Below are positions 1-7,574 of a stretch of 12,879 nucleotides of DNA, in pieces. Source of the DNA: a plasmid; the sequence record NZ_OX291535.1; one strand, 5' to 3'. The position numbers and the translations under genes were made by a program. The notes below the pieces were generated by a model. That model searched no databases. It had not been told where the DNA came from and was given only the letters and a program-made list of their open reading frames with translations. Within the stretch, counting starts at the first letter, position 1. Each line of letters starts with the position of its first letter.

Positions 1-154
1 CCTTGGTGCGGTGCTTTTTGTACGTTTTCATCCTGGTTTCTTCGGAGAAGTTCTCGCCGGTAACCATCTCGTCCCATGACTCATATGACTTTGCTCCGGG
101 AACCATGATTACCTTCCATCTCTGGAACCTACGGGGAATGTTTTCAAATGCCAT
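1..154 (-). CDS. Hypothetical protein, N-terminal fragment; the gene runs off the left edge. It starts at ATG 154..152 and reads MAFENIPRRFQRWKVIMVPGAKSYESWDEMVTGENFSEE...
   Basis: An AAGGAGAG Shine-Dalgarno sits 6 nt upstream of the ATG (complement of 158-167). The frame stays open to the window edge. It is missing from the ORF track only because it is partial. Confidence 0.4.
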   Translation of the reverse strand, partial: MAFENIPRRFQRWKVIMVPGAKSYESWDEMVTGENFSEETRMKTYKKHRTK

Positions 155-272
155 CGTTCTCTCCTTATGATTCTGGTTTCTGGGGGCGCTCCCGCGCCCC
201 TGTAAGTGGTTCGTAATGGCGTAAGGCTTTTGTTATTGCTTGCTGCTTACACCTGTAAGGCTTTCGTTATGG

Positions 273-458
273 TCATGCTTCCCAGGCGTAAAGGCTGATG
301 ATGCTGACTGTCTGGTACCGACCGGCGCTGTCGCGGAGGGTGGTCTGGTACTGGCCTTTGCGGTTGGCGGCGCAATGGCGGGGCTTGCCGAACTGGCGGA
401 TCTCGCCGTGTTCAATGCTCAGGCCGGGATAGCGCGGTGTTGCTGCTTGGTTTATCAT
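273..458 (-). CDS. Small hypothetical protein, 61 aa (MINQAATPRYPGLSIEHGEIRQFGKPRHCAANRKGQYQ...)
   Basis: Internal ATG of the 273..548 minus-strand ORF, with an AAGGAA RBS about 8 nt upstream. Third codon positions are strongly GC-biased, as in neighbouring genes. I recognise no family. Confidence 0.3.
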   Translation of the reverse strand: MINQAATPRYPGLSIEHGEIRQFGKPRHCAANRKGQYQTTLRDSAGRYQTVSIISLYAWEA

Positions 459-568
459 GGTTCTGTTCCTTGTTGGGAATGGTGCCCGGGTCTGCTCCTC
501 ATGCGTTCCCCGGGCTGGGTTGCGGCGGTGTGGAATGGTTGGAGCCACCTACACCGCTGCGCTCTCTC

Positions 569-1156
569 TTACTCCGGCGCTACCGCGTCGACCTTCTCAA
601 GGTGGCGGTAAATCGCGCTCCTGCTCAGATTTAACTGCTTGGCTATGGTGGCTATTGGTACCCCCATGGCGCGGCGCATGACTATCTCCCCCGCTTCTTT
701 CGCGCCGATCTTGGTCGGGCGTCCGAACTTCTGGCCACGGCTCTTTGCGGCCTCGATCCCTGCCGCCTGGCGTTCCAGTATGAGCTTGCGCTCCATCTGC
801 GCGAAACTCGCCATGATGCCGAGGACGGCCTGTCCGACGGCGCTGCTCAAATCGACACCCTCGCGGATGCTGACCAGGGTTACTTTTCGTTTCTCCAGCT
901 CCTCGACCAGTTCGAGGGCGTCCCGGGCGTTCCTGCCGATGCGGTCGATCGCGTAGATGACCAGCGTGTCGCCCTCCTGCAGGATCTGGTTCAGGAGGAT
1001 GCCGAGGGCTGGACGCTCGCGTGGTGGTACCGTCCCGCTGATCCCGTCGTCGGCGAGGATGGAGGCTGTTGGGAACCGGGCGATGATGGCGTCGCGCTGG
1101 CTGTTGCTGGTTTGTTCGTCGGTTGATACGCGAACGTAACCGTATGTTTTGCTCAC
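569..1156 (-). CDS. Serine recombinase of the resolvase/DNA-invertase family (Hin/Gin/TnpR-like)
   Basis: The N-terminal YGYVRVSTDEQ catalytic-serine motif is present. The core reads DTLVIYAIDRIGRN ... ASFAQMERKLILERQ. The C-terminal HTH is GVPIATIAKQLNLSRSAIYRHL. The preferred start is GTG at 1156, with a GAGGAGAG SD 6 nt upstream, giving 196 aa, which is typical for this family. The ATG at 1204 has no SD. Confidence 0.85.
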   Translation of the reverse strand: MSKTYGYVRVSTDEQTSNSQRDAIIARFPTASILADDGISGTVPPRERPALGILLNQILQEGDTLVIYAIDRIGRNARDALELVEELEKRKVTLVSIREGVDLSSAVGQAVLGIMASFAQMERKLILERQAAGIEAAKSRGQKFGRPTKIGAKEAGEIVMRRAMGVPIATIAKQLNLSRSAIYRHLEKVDAVAPE

Positions 1157-1415
1157 TTTTTTCTCTCCTCTGACCGATACGTCTCTTTCGACACAACATG
1201 CCACAACTGTACCGAAAGTCTATCGCTAAAGTGTCTATTTCGTCGCTTTGTCGGGTGTCCCGGAATGTAGGGGATTAGCGACGGCCTCCAGGCGGCTCTC
1301 CGCGCTGGGCGAGAGCCCTGCGCCCTCTGCGTTGATGTCTGCGCGGTGTCGTGACGGCATGCTGTCTGAGCGGCGTTTGCTGCCGCTTTGCTGATAACTT
1401 GCTGAGAACCAAACC

Positions 1416-2072
1416 ATGACCGAAATCAAAACCGAATGCCCGGACGCGACCTGGCTGCGTACCACGCTTGCTGAAATGGCGAGTGACCATTTTCCCGTTT
1501 ATGACCTTCCTTGCCTGTCGGTGGATCCTAACTCCTCCGCTCAACTTACCGCGCTTGACGATCGCCGGGTGGCGCGTGAAATGCGTCAGGCAGCAGCCGA
1601 CGTGGAAACGCGACGCATTGACGCCGCTCGCGTGGTGGAAGGGCTCAGGACGGAAGCTGAACGCCTGCGCGGGCTGATTGCCGACGGCAAGACGGCGCTG
1701 CGTGCTGGCGAGACTGTGAGCCCCGATGCGGGCGTCGCTGCGTTCCTGCTGCCGGATATCGAGGCCGAGCTGGTTGCCGCCGAGGCTGCTGAGGCTGATG
1801 TGGCCCGGGAGCGTGACGCGCTGCTGCAGGATGCTGACCGCCGTGATGCGGCGGCTGCGATCGGCCTGTTCAACCTGGCGCACGCCGTGCGCGTACAGCG
1901 TATTGAGCAGCTGCTGAAGCTGGCGATGGATGAGGCGACGCTGCTTGCCGAGTCCGACGCGGGGCGCAGTTTGTACCGTACTGTTATCAATCCTGATCGC
2001 CGCCTGAACCAGCTGTTCTCCACGCAGGGTGCGATCGAAATTCTGCGCCGCAATCGCGGCATGGAGGCGTAA
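1416..2072 (+). CDS. Hypothetical protein, 218 aa, Ala/Arg/Glu-rich and likely coiled-coil
   Basis: Long ORF with the same codon bias as its neighbours. It is the first gene of a tightly packed plus-strand operon. The antisense ORF (1275..2408) is Arg-rich junk. Confidence 0.6.
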   Translation: MTEIKTECPDATWLRTTLAEMASDHFPVYDLPCLSVDPNSSAQLTALDDRRVAREMRQAAADVETRRIDAARVVEGLRTEAERLRGLIADGKTALRAGETVSPDAGVAAFLLPDIEAELVAAEAAEADVARERDALLQDADRRDAAAAIGLFNLAHAVRVQRIEQLLKLAMDEATLLAESDAGRSLYRTVINPDRRLNQLFSTQGAIEILRRNRGMEA

Positions 2073-2456
2073 ATGTCTGCATTTTCGATGCTGTGTGACC
2101 GGCTTCGCCATGAGGCGACGCTGGCAAAATCTACCGGGGCCGGCGACGCGCTGGCGCAGGTGCTGGAGACGGGCGGTGCTGCGCAGACGTTCGCGCCGAT
2201 CGGGGCTCCGGTTGCCTCTCCTACGGAGTCGGTTCACCGGGCGCGTGCTCAGTCCATCCAGGATGCGGCGTTCCTGACTGAGATGAAACAGGCGGGCGTG
2301 GCTCCTGCCGATCTGGTGATGCTTGACGGCGTGCTGGCCTCCTCTCGCGGACTCCCTGATGCGTCGCGTGCTCCGGCGTTCGCTGCGGTGCGTGCTCAGG
2401 TGCAGCAACAGGCGTCTCTCTCCCCTGCTGCCCGGGGTATCAATTGGGACGAGTAA
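2073..2456 (+). CDS. Hypothetical protein, 127 aa
   Basis: The ATG at 2073 abuts the upstream TAA stop. A GGAGG SD (2061-2065) sits 7 nt upstream. This looks like translational coupling with the preceding gene. Confidence 0.6.
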   Translation: MSAFSMLCDRLRHEATLAKSTGAGDALAQVLETGGAAQTFAPIGAPVASPTESVHRARAQSIQDAAFLTEMKQAGVAPADLVMLDGVLASSRGLPDASRAPAFAAVRAQVQQQASLSPAARGINWDE

Positions 2457-2461
2457 AGCCG

Positions 2462-2818
2462 ATGCCGCGCCACCTGCAGGGTAAGACGCGGATGCCGCTG
2501 GCAGGTGGTTGTTACTCTGCTGGCCACCGTCTTGCGCTGATCTCGTTGCTGCCTGTTCTGGAGGCTCGTCCTGGTGACAGGGATGATGGTGAACGATCGA
2601 AGCTGGCGCTGTATCAGGAATCGCTGATCAAGGCCGGGCAACCGCACGCGTTCGCGTTACATGAGCCGTCGCTGTATCGCTGGGGGGCGTATCTGAAGAG
2701 CCGCCGCGCCCGGTATTTACAGGAGACAGACGCAGGTGTTGCTGCGGCCTCAGACGCGCTTGATCGGCATGCTTTCGGGCGTGCTATTGGTGCGGTCCTG
2801 GGGGCTGATGATGAGTGA
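2462..2818 (+). CDS. Hypothetical protein, 118 aa (MPRHLQGKTRMPLAGG...)
   Basis: Third gene of the operon. I prefer the ATG at 2462 over the TTG at 2444 given in the track. The start is uncertain. It lies 5 nt after the upstream stop. Confidence 0.5.
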   Translation: MPRHLQGKTRMPLAGGCYSAGHRLALISLLPVLEARPGDRDDGERSKLALYQESLIKAGQPHAFALHEPSLYRWGAYLKSRRARYLQETDAGVAAASDALDRHAFGRAIGAVLGADDE

Positions 2819-2967
2819 GTTTGCCGTCTCGCGTCTGGTCATCCCTGAGGTGGTGATCCCTGACGGGGTTGTTGCTGCGCGAAAGGCCAGGGGGATCGCG
2901 CAACGTGTCGCAGCTGCTCGCCGTGCTGCTGAACGTCGTGCTGCGCCTACATGGTGCTGGGTGAGAC

Positions 2968-2992
2968 GGGGCGCGTTATGCGCCCTTTTTTT
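2968..2992 (+). terminator. Rho-independent terminator of the plus-strand operon: GGGCGC-gttat-GCGCCC followed by TTTTTTT
   Basis: GC stem 2969-2974 pairs with 2980-2985, and a 7-T run follows at 2986-2992. The TAA stop of the convergent minus-strand finO-like gene (2976-2978) lies in the hairpin loop. The complement of the T-run encodes that gene's last Lys codons. Confidence 0.6.
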
Positions 2993-3617
2993 CGCCCTTC
3001 GCCTGGCGTGCCTTGCGCCGGAATGCCTTGATCTCTGTCAGGCGGGCTTTGGCGTTTTCGGCCTCCTCCGGGGTTGCTGGTTCGGTGGGGTTGCCGTCCA
3101 GGTCGTAGCGCATGCACTGGTCGATGAGGCTCTGCTGGTACGAGCTCGTACCCGTGACAATGCCCAGGATGCGACGGACGGCTTTGCGGTCTGCCTCTGG
3201 CGGCATGTTCAGCTCTGCGCCTCGGGTCAGGATCTGCTCGATGATGCCCTTTGCCATGGGGCGACGGTCAACTCCCCGGGTCAGCAAGTCAGGCCAGTGC
3301 TCTTTCAGGAATGCTTTGGTCACCCGGTTGGCCAGCGCCTTTTTGGACTTGTTGGCGATCGCGATGTCCTGCTGGCGGCGGTCGTTCTCCTCCTGTCTGC
3401 GGATCCCCTCGGCGACCTGTTCAGGCGTCTTTTTCGGCTTTGCCGCTGTGGGCTTCTGTGCGGGCTTCTGCGGGGCTTTCGCTTTTGGCTGTACCTTCGC
3501 CTTGCTGGTAGTCCGTTCGGCTGGCTGCGGCTCAGATTTCGCGGCCTTTTCCGGCGGGACGTAGACCGTGCGGTTGCGTCGCTTGATGGTCAGGATCGGA
3601 CGGGTGGTTTCGGTCAT
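2976..3617 (-). CDS. FinO/ProQ-family RNA chaperone-like protein, 213 aa, with a Lys/Pro/Ala-rich basic N-terminal region
   Basis: MTETTRPILTIKRR... resembles the FinO N-terminus MTEQKRPVLTLKRK. ...KKALANRVTKAFLKEHWPDLLT and ...RKAVRRILGIVTGTSSYQQSLIDQCMRYDLDGNPTEP... parallel FinO regions from memory. The ATG at 3617 overlaps the upstream gene's TGA in an ATGA arrangement. The in-frame extension up to 4076 is Arg/Pro-rich junk. Confidence 0.6.
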   Translation of the reverse strand: MTETTRPILTIKRRNRTVYVPPEKAAKSEPQPAERTTSKAKVQPKAKAPQKPAQKPTAAKPKKTPEQVAEGIRRQEENDRRQQDIAIANKSKKALANRVTKAFLKEHWPDLLTRGVDRRPMAKGIIEQILTRGAELNMPPEADRKAVRRILGIVTGTSSYQQSLIDQCMRYDLDGNPTEPATPEEAENAKARLTEIKAFRRKARQAKGEKKGA

Positions 3618-4945
3618 AAATCTCTCTCTGGTCGGTTGGTCCGGATGTGGTCGGCAAGGGCGATCAGGGTGGCGGCGTCGCCGCGGTTCCGATCGATGCG
3701 CCGGATGATGTCGTTGATGTAGTCCCAGCGCCCGACGGCGGCAAGGACGGAAAGGGCGAGGCGGTTGAACCGGCTCTCTGGTACCCGGTCGAGGGTCAGG
3801 GGGATGCGCTTGCGGGGGCGTCCTGGACCGCGCCCTGTCCCTGGTCTTTTGAGCAGCTGCGGCTGCTCCCCCTGCGGCAAAATAACGGGGATCTTCGCCA
3901 GGCTGCGCGTCTCGTTCTGCGCGAACTCGGGCACCGCGATGTGCTCGTCTGTCCATGTCCTGCCTCCGGGCCTGGCTGATGCGCTGGAGTCGCAGGACGG
4001 GCAGGAGACGACGATCTCCCGTCGCGGCTTGCCCTTGACCGGTGCCTTGCTGATCACCAGGGGCGCGGCTTTGCAATCAGCGCAGACCGACGATGTCCAG
4101 ACCGCGTTGTCTGGCAGGGTGGCGTTCCGGTACTGGTGCGCGGCGTCATGCGGTGTCTGGAAGCTGACCGTCTGAAACGTGGGGGCGACGCTGAGAGGTG
4201 CCGCCCATGGCTGGCACCTGGGACAAGCAAGCTCCACCTCTCCGGCGTGCCCGTCGCCACCGTTCCAGCGCAGGGGCTCGCGGTGTTCGGGGCAGTAGTA
4301 CACGAAACCGTCGCGGCGTGTTTGCCCGACCGGGCCTGGTCGGCGATCGTGGAACCGTGCGCCCGGGTTGGCTCGCATGGCGCGGACGAGCGCCTCGCCC
4401 TGGTGGATGCCGTACCAGACCTGCCAGCCATCGCCGATGCCGATCAGGAACGGCGAGACGAACGGTGGGGTGCGGTTGACTCTCCCGCGTGCGTTGGCTC
4501 CGATGGTGGCTTCGCGTTCGCGGTTCCAGCAGGAGACGCACAGGCTCGAACCGGGCTTATTGGGGGCGATCAGGCGGTTGTCTTTCCGGCTGCAACGGGG
4601 GCAGAGCTTACGGGTGTCTGCCGGGGTGGTCAGTGGTGCGTCAGGGGGCTGTTCGGTACCGACCCAAAGCGCGAGGCCAGTGGGGCACCGGTGGCACTCG
4701 AGGTGGGGGTTTTCAATCGTGCGATCGAGGTGGCTCTGCTCATAAATCTGTCGGCATGCCTCGACCCGGAGGGAGCACCCGCCGGGGCAGGTGACGAACA
4801 AAACGCCGGGCATGATGTCGGGGAACCGCTCCGCAGCGCCTACGCACTTCAGTGCCTCGGTTGACGGCTGCGTCGCTTCTGTCGTGTCGTTATCGTCGTT
4901 CACTGCTCCCCCTGCGTCGAAATGGTCGCCAGACCTCGCCAGCAC
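3614..4945 (-). CDS. Cys-rich multi-zinc-ribbon protein, up to 443 aa; the C-terminus carries the AT-hook-like stretch GRGPGRPRKR; function unknown
   Basis: Seven CxxC/CxxxC pairs: CPGGC, CHRC, CPRC, CVSC, CPRC, CADC, CPSC. They are spaced as about three zinc ribbons. The ORF is long with the same codon bias as its neighbours. The GTG at 4945 lacks an SD, so the true start may be internal (for example the GTG at residue 15 or the ATG at residue 45). The stop overlaps the finO-like start. Confidence 0.55.
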   Translation of the reverse strand: MLARSGDHFDAGGAVNDDNDTTEATQPSTEALKCVGAAERFPDIMPGVLFVTCPGGCSLRVEACRQIYEQSHLDRTIENPHLECHRCPTGLALWVGTEQPPDAPLTTPADTRKLCPRCSRKDNRLIAPNKPGSSLCVSCWNREREATIGANARGRVNRTPPFVSPFLIGIGDGWQVWYGIHQGEALVRAMRANPGARFHDRRPGPVGQTRRDGFVYYCPEHREPLRWNGGDGHAGEVELACPRCQPWAAPLSVAPTFQTVSFQTPHDAAHQYRNATLPDNAVWTSSVCADCKAAPLVISKAPVKGKPRREIVVSCPSCDSSASARPGGRTWTDEHIAVPEFAQNETRSLAKIPVILPQGEQPQLLKRPGTGRGPGRPRKRIPLTLDRVPESRFNRLALSVLAAVGRWDYINDIIRRIDRNRGDAATLIALADHIRTNRPERDL

Positions 4946-4977
4946 TGGCTGTGCGTCTTTTTTAGTATCTCACAAAA

Positions 4978-4994
4978 AACGCCACTTTGGCGTT
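4978..4994. promoter_or_regulatory. Perfect 7-bp inverted repeat AACGCCA-ctt-TGGCGTT in the divergent promoter region. On the minus strand it is followed by a T-run.
   Basis: Seen directly. On the minus strand the hairpin is followed by TTTTTT (complement of the A-run 4974-4979), about 30 nt upstream of the zinc-ribbon gene start. It could be an operator, an attenuator, or the 3' end of a small minus-strand transcript. Confidence 0.35.
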
Positions 4995-5258
4995 AATTGT
5001 GTTAAGCTTGTCTTACTGATTCCTGACGAGCAGTTGGGAAACATGAAACCGGATCGCCCGGTGCCGCTTTCCCTCCTCCCCAACGAGGCGGGGTTGTAAA
5101 CGAGGATGCGCGCTTCGTCCTTGGCAGGTGCGAGTAAGCGAGAAGGGCTGCTGTCCTGCCGCTATGCGGTAAGTCCTCAAGGGCGGCTTTATCGATAATC
5201 GTCACTCCCGCCCCCCGATGCCCGTTAAGCTGAGGGGGGCACCTATCTGGTACTCCCA

Positions 5259-5468
5259 ATGAAAAAACGAATCTATACCGCTGACCTCGCTGCGCTGCTG
5301 AACGTGTCGCTGCGCACGCTCTCCCGCCTGAGTTCGCGGGGGATCGTTCCGACTCCGGCAGGGCGTTCCCTTCGTGGCGGGCATTACTGGCTGGCTGGGG
5401 ATCCCGTGCTCAAACGCTTTATTGCCGACCAGCGTCGTCCCGGGAGGGCTCCTTATGGCGTTCGATAA
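5259..5468 (+). CDS. AlpA/excisionase-family HTH DNA-binding regulator, 69 aa
   Basis: RIYTADLAALLNVSLRTLSRLSSRGIVPTP...GGHYW fits the AlpA pattern of a phage regulatory or Xis-like winged HTH. The 3' end overlaps the next gene by 14 nt. No obvious SD. Confidence 0.55.
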   Translation: MKKRIYTADLAALLNVSLRTLSRLSSRGIVPTPAGRSLRGGHYWLAGDPVLKRFIADQRRPGRAPYGVR

Positions 5469-6636
5469 CTCTCACCTGACTGACGCTGGCCTGTTCTGGC
5501 GTGCCGTCTCTGCGGCTGGGGCTCCGGTTGACCGCGAGGACTGGCTGCGCCTCTGTTCTGGCATCGCATGCTGGGCATCTCTCTGCGGAGAGGACGGGCT
5601 TGCTGCTATCGAGGCCTGGTCTACCCGCCACAATCGCGGATCTGCGCATCACCGGTCGCAGTACCGGCACTTCCTGAAGCTGAAAGGCGTAACCAATCCC
5701 GAGGCCATGGCGCAAGTATTCCTGCGGTTCTCAGGCGAGGTGTACTGGCGGCTCGACTCAAATCGCACGCCGCCGTCGACTGAACAGGTTGCTGCTCTTG
5801 CTGAACGGAAACGCCGATCGATCGAGGCGGTGGCCAGACGCGAAGATGCCGACCGGCGCAAGGCCGATAAGGCTGCGGCTGATGCGGTCAGGATGCTGGC
5901 GAAAGGCGACGGTAATCCGGCCTATACCCCGTACTGGCGCAATAAGACCACAATCGCCAGGCGTGGTGGCGTCAGCCTCCCGCCCCTCCCCGCTGACCTT
6001 CGTGTGGGTGGCTTGTTCCGCTCGTTCGAACCGAGGGCGTACTGGTCGCGCTGTCTGCTTGTTCCTGCCTATCGCCTGACCGATGATCGCCAGCTGGTTG
6101 GCGACGCGCTGGAGGCCATCTGCGGCGTCTGCTCTGCTGGCGGCAAAACCGGCGACAAGTTCTCCCCTGCAGGTACCCAAAAGGCGGGACGGTTCTATCC
6201 GATGCCCGGCTTTATGGACGTGCTCGATACCTCACCACATGCGCCCTACTCGCCTCTGTTCGTCTGTGAGGGGTTCGCCACGGCGGTTGCCCTGCATCAT
6301 CTGACGAAGGGCAAGGTGGCAGTCTGCGCGGCGTTCTCAATTGCCGGGTTCGGCAGCTGCGTGGCGTCGCTGCGCCGGTTCTGGCCAGATGTTGATGTGA
6401 TGCTGGTACCGGATCACGGCGAAGCGTACCGCCTGGCGCATAAAGCGGCCTATGGCGATGAGCGAGAGCCGGTCCCGACAATTCCAGGCGCGGCGGTTGT
6501 GTCGTTCGACGGCCTCGATCGCTTCACGCCCCGGGATAACCTCGACTGGTTCGACGTGCTGGTTGAGGAAGGGGAAGATCGGGCTCGTGAGCTGCTGCGC
6601 TACGCGGTTCGTCATGCCCGGCTTGAGCGGCGTTGA
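5455..6636 (+). CDS. Phage P4-alpha-like DNA primase with a TOPRIM domain, 393 aa
   Basis: The ATG at 5455 is preceded by a GGGAGGG SD. The TOPRIM-like motif PLFVCEGFATAVAL matches the EGYATG type of P4-family primases. MLVPDHGE is the second acidic motif. The N-terminal region WLRLCSGIACWASLCGEDGLAAIEAWS is PriCT-like. The first 27 codons of the track ORF are rejected. Confidence 0.55.
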   Translation: MAFDNSHLTDAGLFWRAVSAAGAPVDREDWLRLCSGIACWASLCGEDGLAAIEAWSTRHNRGSAHHRSQYRHFLKLKGVTNPEAMAQVFLRFSGEVYWRLDSNRTPPSTEQVAALAERKRRSIEAVARREDADRRKADKAAADAVRMLAKGDGNPAYTPYWRNKTTIARRGGVSLPPLPADLRVGGLFRSFEPRAYWSRCLLVPAYRLTDDRQLVGDALEAICGVCSAGGKTGDKFSPAGTQKAGRFYPMPGFMDVLDTSPHAPYSPLFVCEGFATAVALHHLTKGKVAVCAAFSIAGFGSCVASLRRFWPDVDVMLVPDHGEAYRLAHKAAYGDEREPVPTIPGAAVVSFDGLDRFTPRDNLDWFDVLVEEGEDRARELLRYAVRHARLERR

Positions 6637-6642
6637 TTGGCG

Positions 6643-6680
6643 TGTCCGAATGGTGCGCCTTTCGGGACATCTTTTTTGCC
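6643..6680 (+). terminator. Possible imperfect intrinsic terminator after the primase gene: GTCCGAA...TTCGGGAC followed by ATCTTTTTTG
   Basis: The stem has one bulged G. A 6-T run follows at 6672-6677. Confidence 0.3.
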
Positions 6681-6812
6681 GTCGTGGCGTCTGGTTTAGC
6701 GAACGACTTTCGAGACACTACCGATGCTTTTTTGATGAGACGGACTAAAGCGACGCACCGGCGCTGCCGTCGTGACGCTATCCTGCGATCGGTTTCTCAC
6801 AGCAGCATAAAG

Positions 6813-6844
6813 CCCGGCCTCGTCTTGATGTCGGGTTTTTTTTT
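6813..6844 (+). terminator. Intrinsic terminator: CCCGGC-ctcgtcttgat-GUCGGG (one G-U pair) followed by T9
   Basis: Nine consecutive T at 6836-6844 directly after a GC-rich hairpin. It sits 17 nt before a strong RBS and ATG, so it marks a transcription-unit boundary. It could also be the 3' end of a short transcript from the 6680-6845 spacer. Confidence 0.5.
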
Positions 6845-6861
6845 AGCCCAAAGGAGGGCAC

Positions 6862-7320
6862 ATGAAATCAAAGACTGAACTACGCGAGGCCGCGACGGCT
6901 CGCTCTCTGGCGGTGATCGCCACTGAAATGTCGGAGTGGTCGCTCGATGGGTTCTCCCACCTCAAGCTGCCGAACTTCTCCGCTGGGGAACGCCAGCAGA
7001 CGCTGTCCGGGTCGGTGGTGGTTGATCGCCCGCCGTTCGACTACGAGTGGGCTGGTACCGAGAAATTTAACACTCTGGCCACCCGTGCGCTGCAGGTGAA
7101 ACTTCCGGCATCGCGTGAGCGTAACTACGCCTGGTTGTGCGGCGTTGAACGGGAGACGCTGGCGACGGCGCTCCTCGTGGAGCTGTTCTCCGTCACCGGC
7201 TGCGTGGCGTTCGCCGGGCTGGGTAAGGTTGCCGATCTGGCGTTCCTGACGCTGGACGAGAGCGAGGCGGGGCAGATCAGGGCGGCGATGCTGCAGTGGC
7301 TCGATGGGGCGGCGGCGTAG
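6862..7320 (+). CDS. Hypothetical protein, 152 aa
   Basis: Strong AAGGAGGG SD 5 nt upstream of the ATG. Good codon bias. No family recognised. Confidence 0.65.
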   Translation: MKSKTELREAATARSLAVIATEMSEWSLDGFSHLKLPNFSAGERQQTLSGSVVVDRPPFDYEWAGTEKFNTLATRALQVKLPASRERNYAWLCGVERETLATALLVELFSVTGCVAFAGLGKVADLAFLTLDESEAGQIRAAMLQWLDGAAA

Positions 7321-7528
7321 GGGCTCGATCCTCGATCAGCTGGAGTGGGAAGGGCGACTGATCGAGGAGGCCATGGCGACGGAACTGCGGGGCGACCCGG
7401 TGCGCTGCGACCACCTTGCTGCGGCGCGGTTATGGCTGGAGTGTGTTGACCGGGCGTCTGATGACAGGTGGCGGGCGTTCTGCCTCGCCAGCTATGAATG
7501 GTGCGTATTCGTCGCAGTAGAACTCTGA
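7304..7528 (+). CDS. Hypothetical small protein, 74 aa from the ATG at 7304 (17-nt overlap) or 51 aa from the ATG at 7373
   Basis: ORF in the +1 frame overlapping the previous gene's end. The internal ATG at 7373 has an AGGAGG but only 2-nt spacing. Weak evidence overall. Confidence 0.3.
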   Translation: MGRRRRGSILDQLEWEGRLIEEAMATELRGDPVRCDHLAAARLWLECVDRASDDRWRAFCLASYEWCVFVAVEL

Positions 7529-7574
7529 CCGGCGGCGGCGTTGAGCCGTCGCTCCTCTGCGTGAAGCATCGATG

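Noticed and set aside
240-634. Plus-strand ORFs 240..611, 437..634 and 457..681 in the spacer downstream of the recombinase
   Set aside because: Trp/Cys/Gly-rich translations with no RBS. The opposite strand shows better codon bias (the small ORF 273..458).
1275-2408. 377-aa minus-strand ORF opposite the three-gene operon
   Set aside because: Its translation is Arg/Pro/Gln-rich low-complexity text. That is typical of the antisense frame of GC-rich genes. The plus-strand genes have SDs and stop/start coupling.
2736-3722. 328-aa plus-strand ORF, with nested 3112..3564 and 3251..3511
   Set aside because: It is antisense to the FinO-like gene. The translation is junk (Leu/Arg/Gly-rich), and it runs through a terminator.
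3618-4076. N-terminal 153-codon extension of the 2976..4076 ORF
   Set aside because: The extension is Arg/Pro-rich nonsense and overlaps the zinc-ribbon gene in another frame. The ATG at 3617 has the ATGA coupling and matches the FinO N-terminus.
4136-4864. 242-aa plus-strand ORF and other overlapping ORFs (3647..3979, 3765..4175, 4198..4479, 4368..4745, 4489..4794, 4054..4431, 4146..4541)
   Set aside because: All are alternative frames or antisense of the 443-aa zinc-ribbon gene. Their translations are low complexity.
5374-5454. First 27 codons of the 420-aa primase ORF
   Set aside because: They would overlap most of the alpA C-terminus. The ATG at 5455 has a GGGAGGG SD and gives a clean start.
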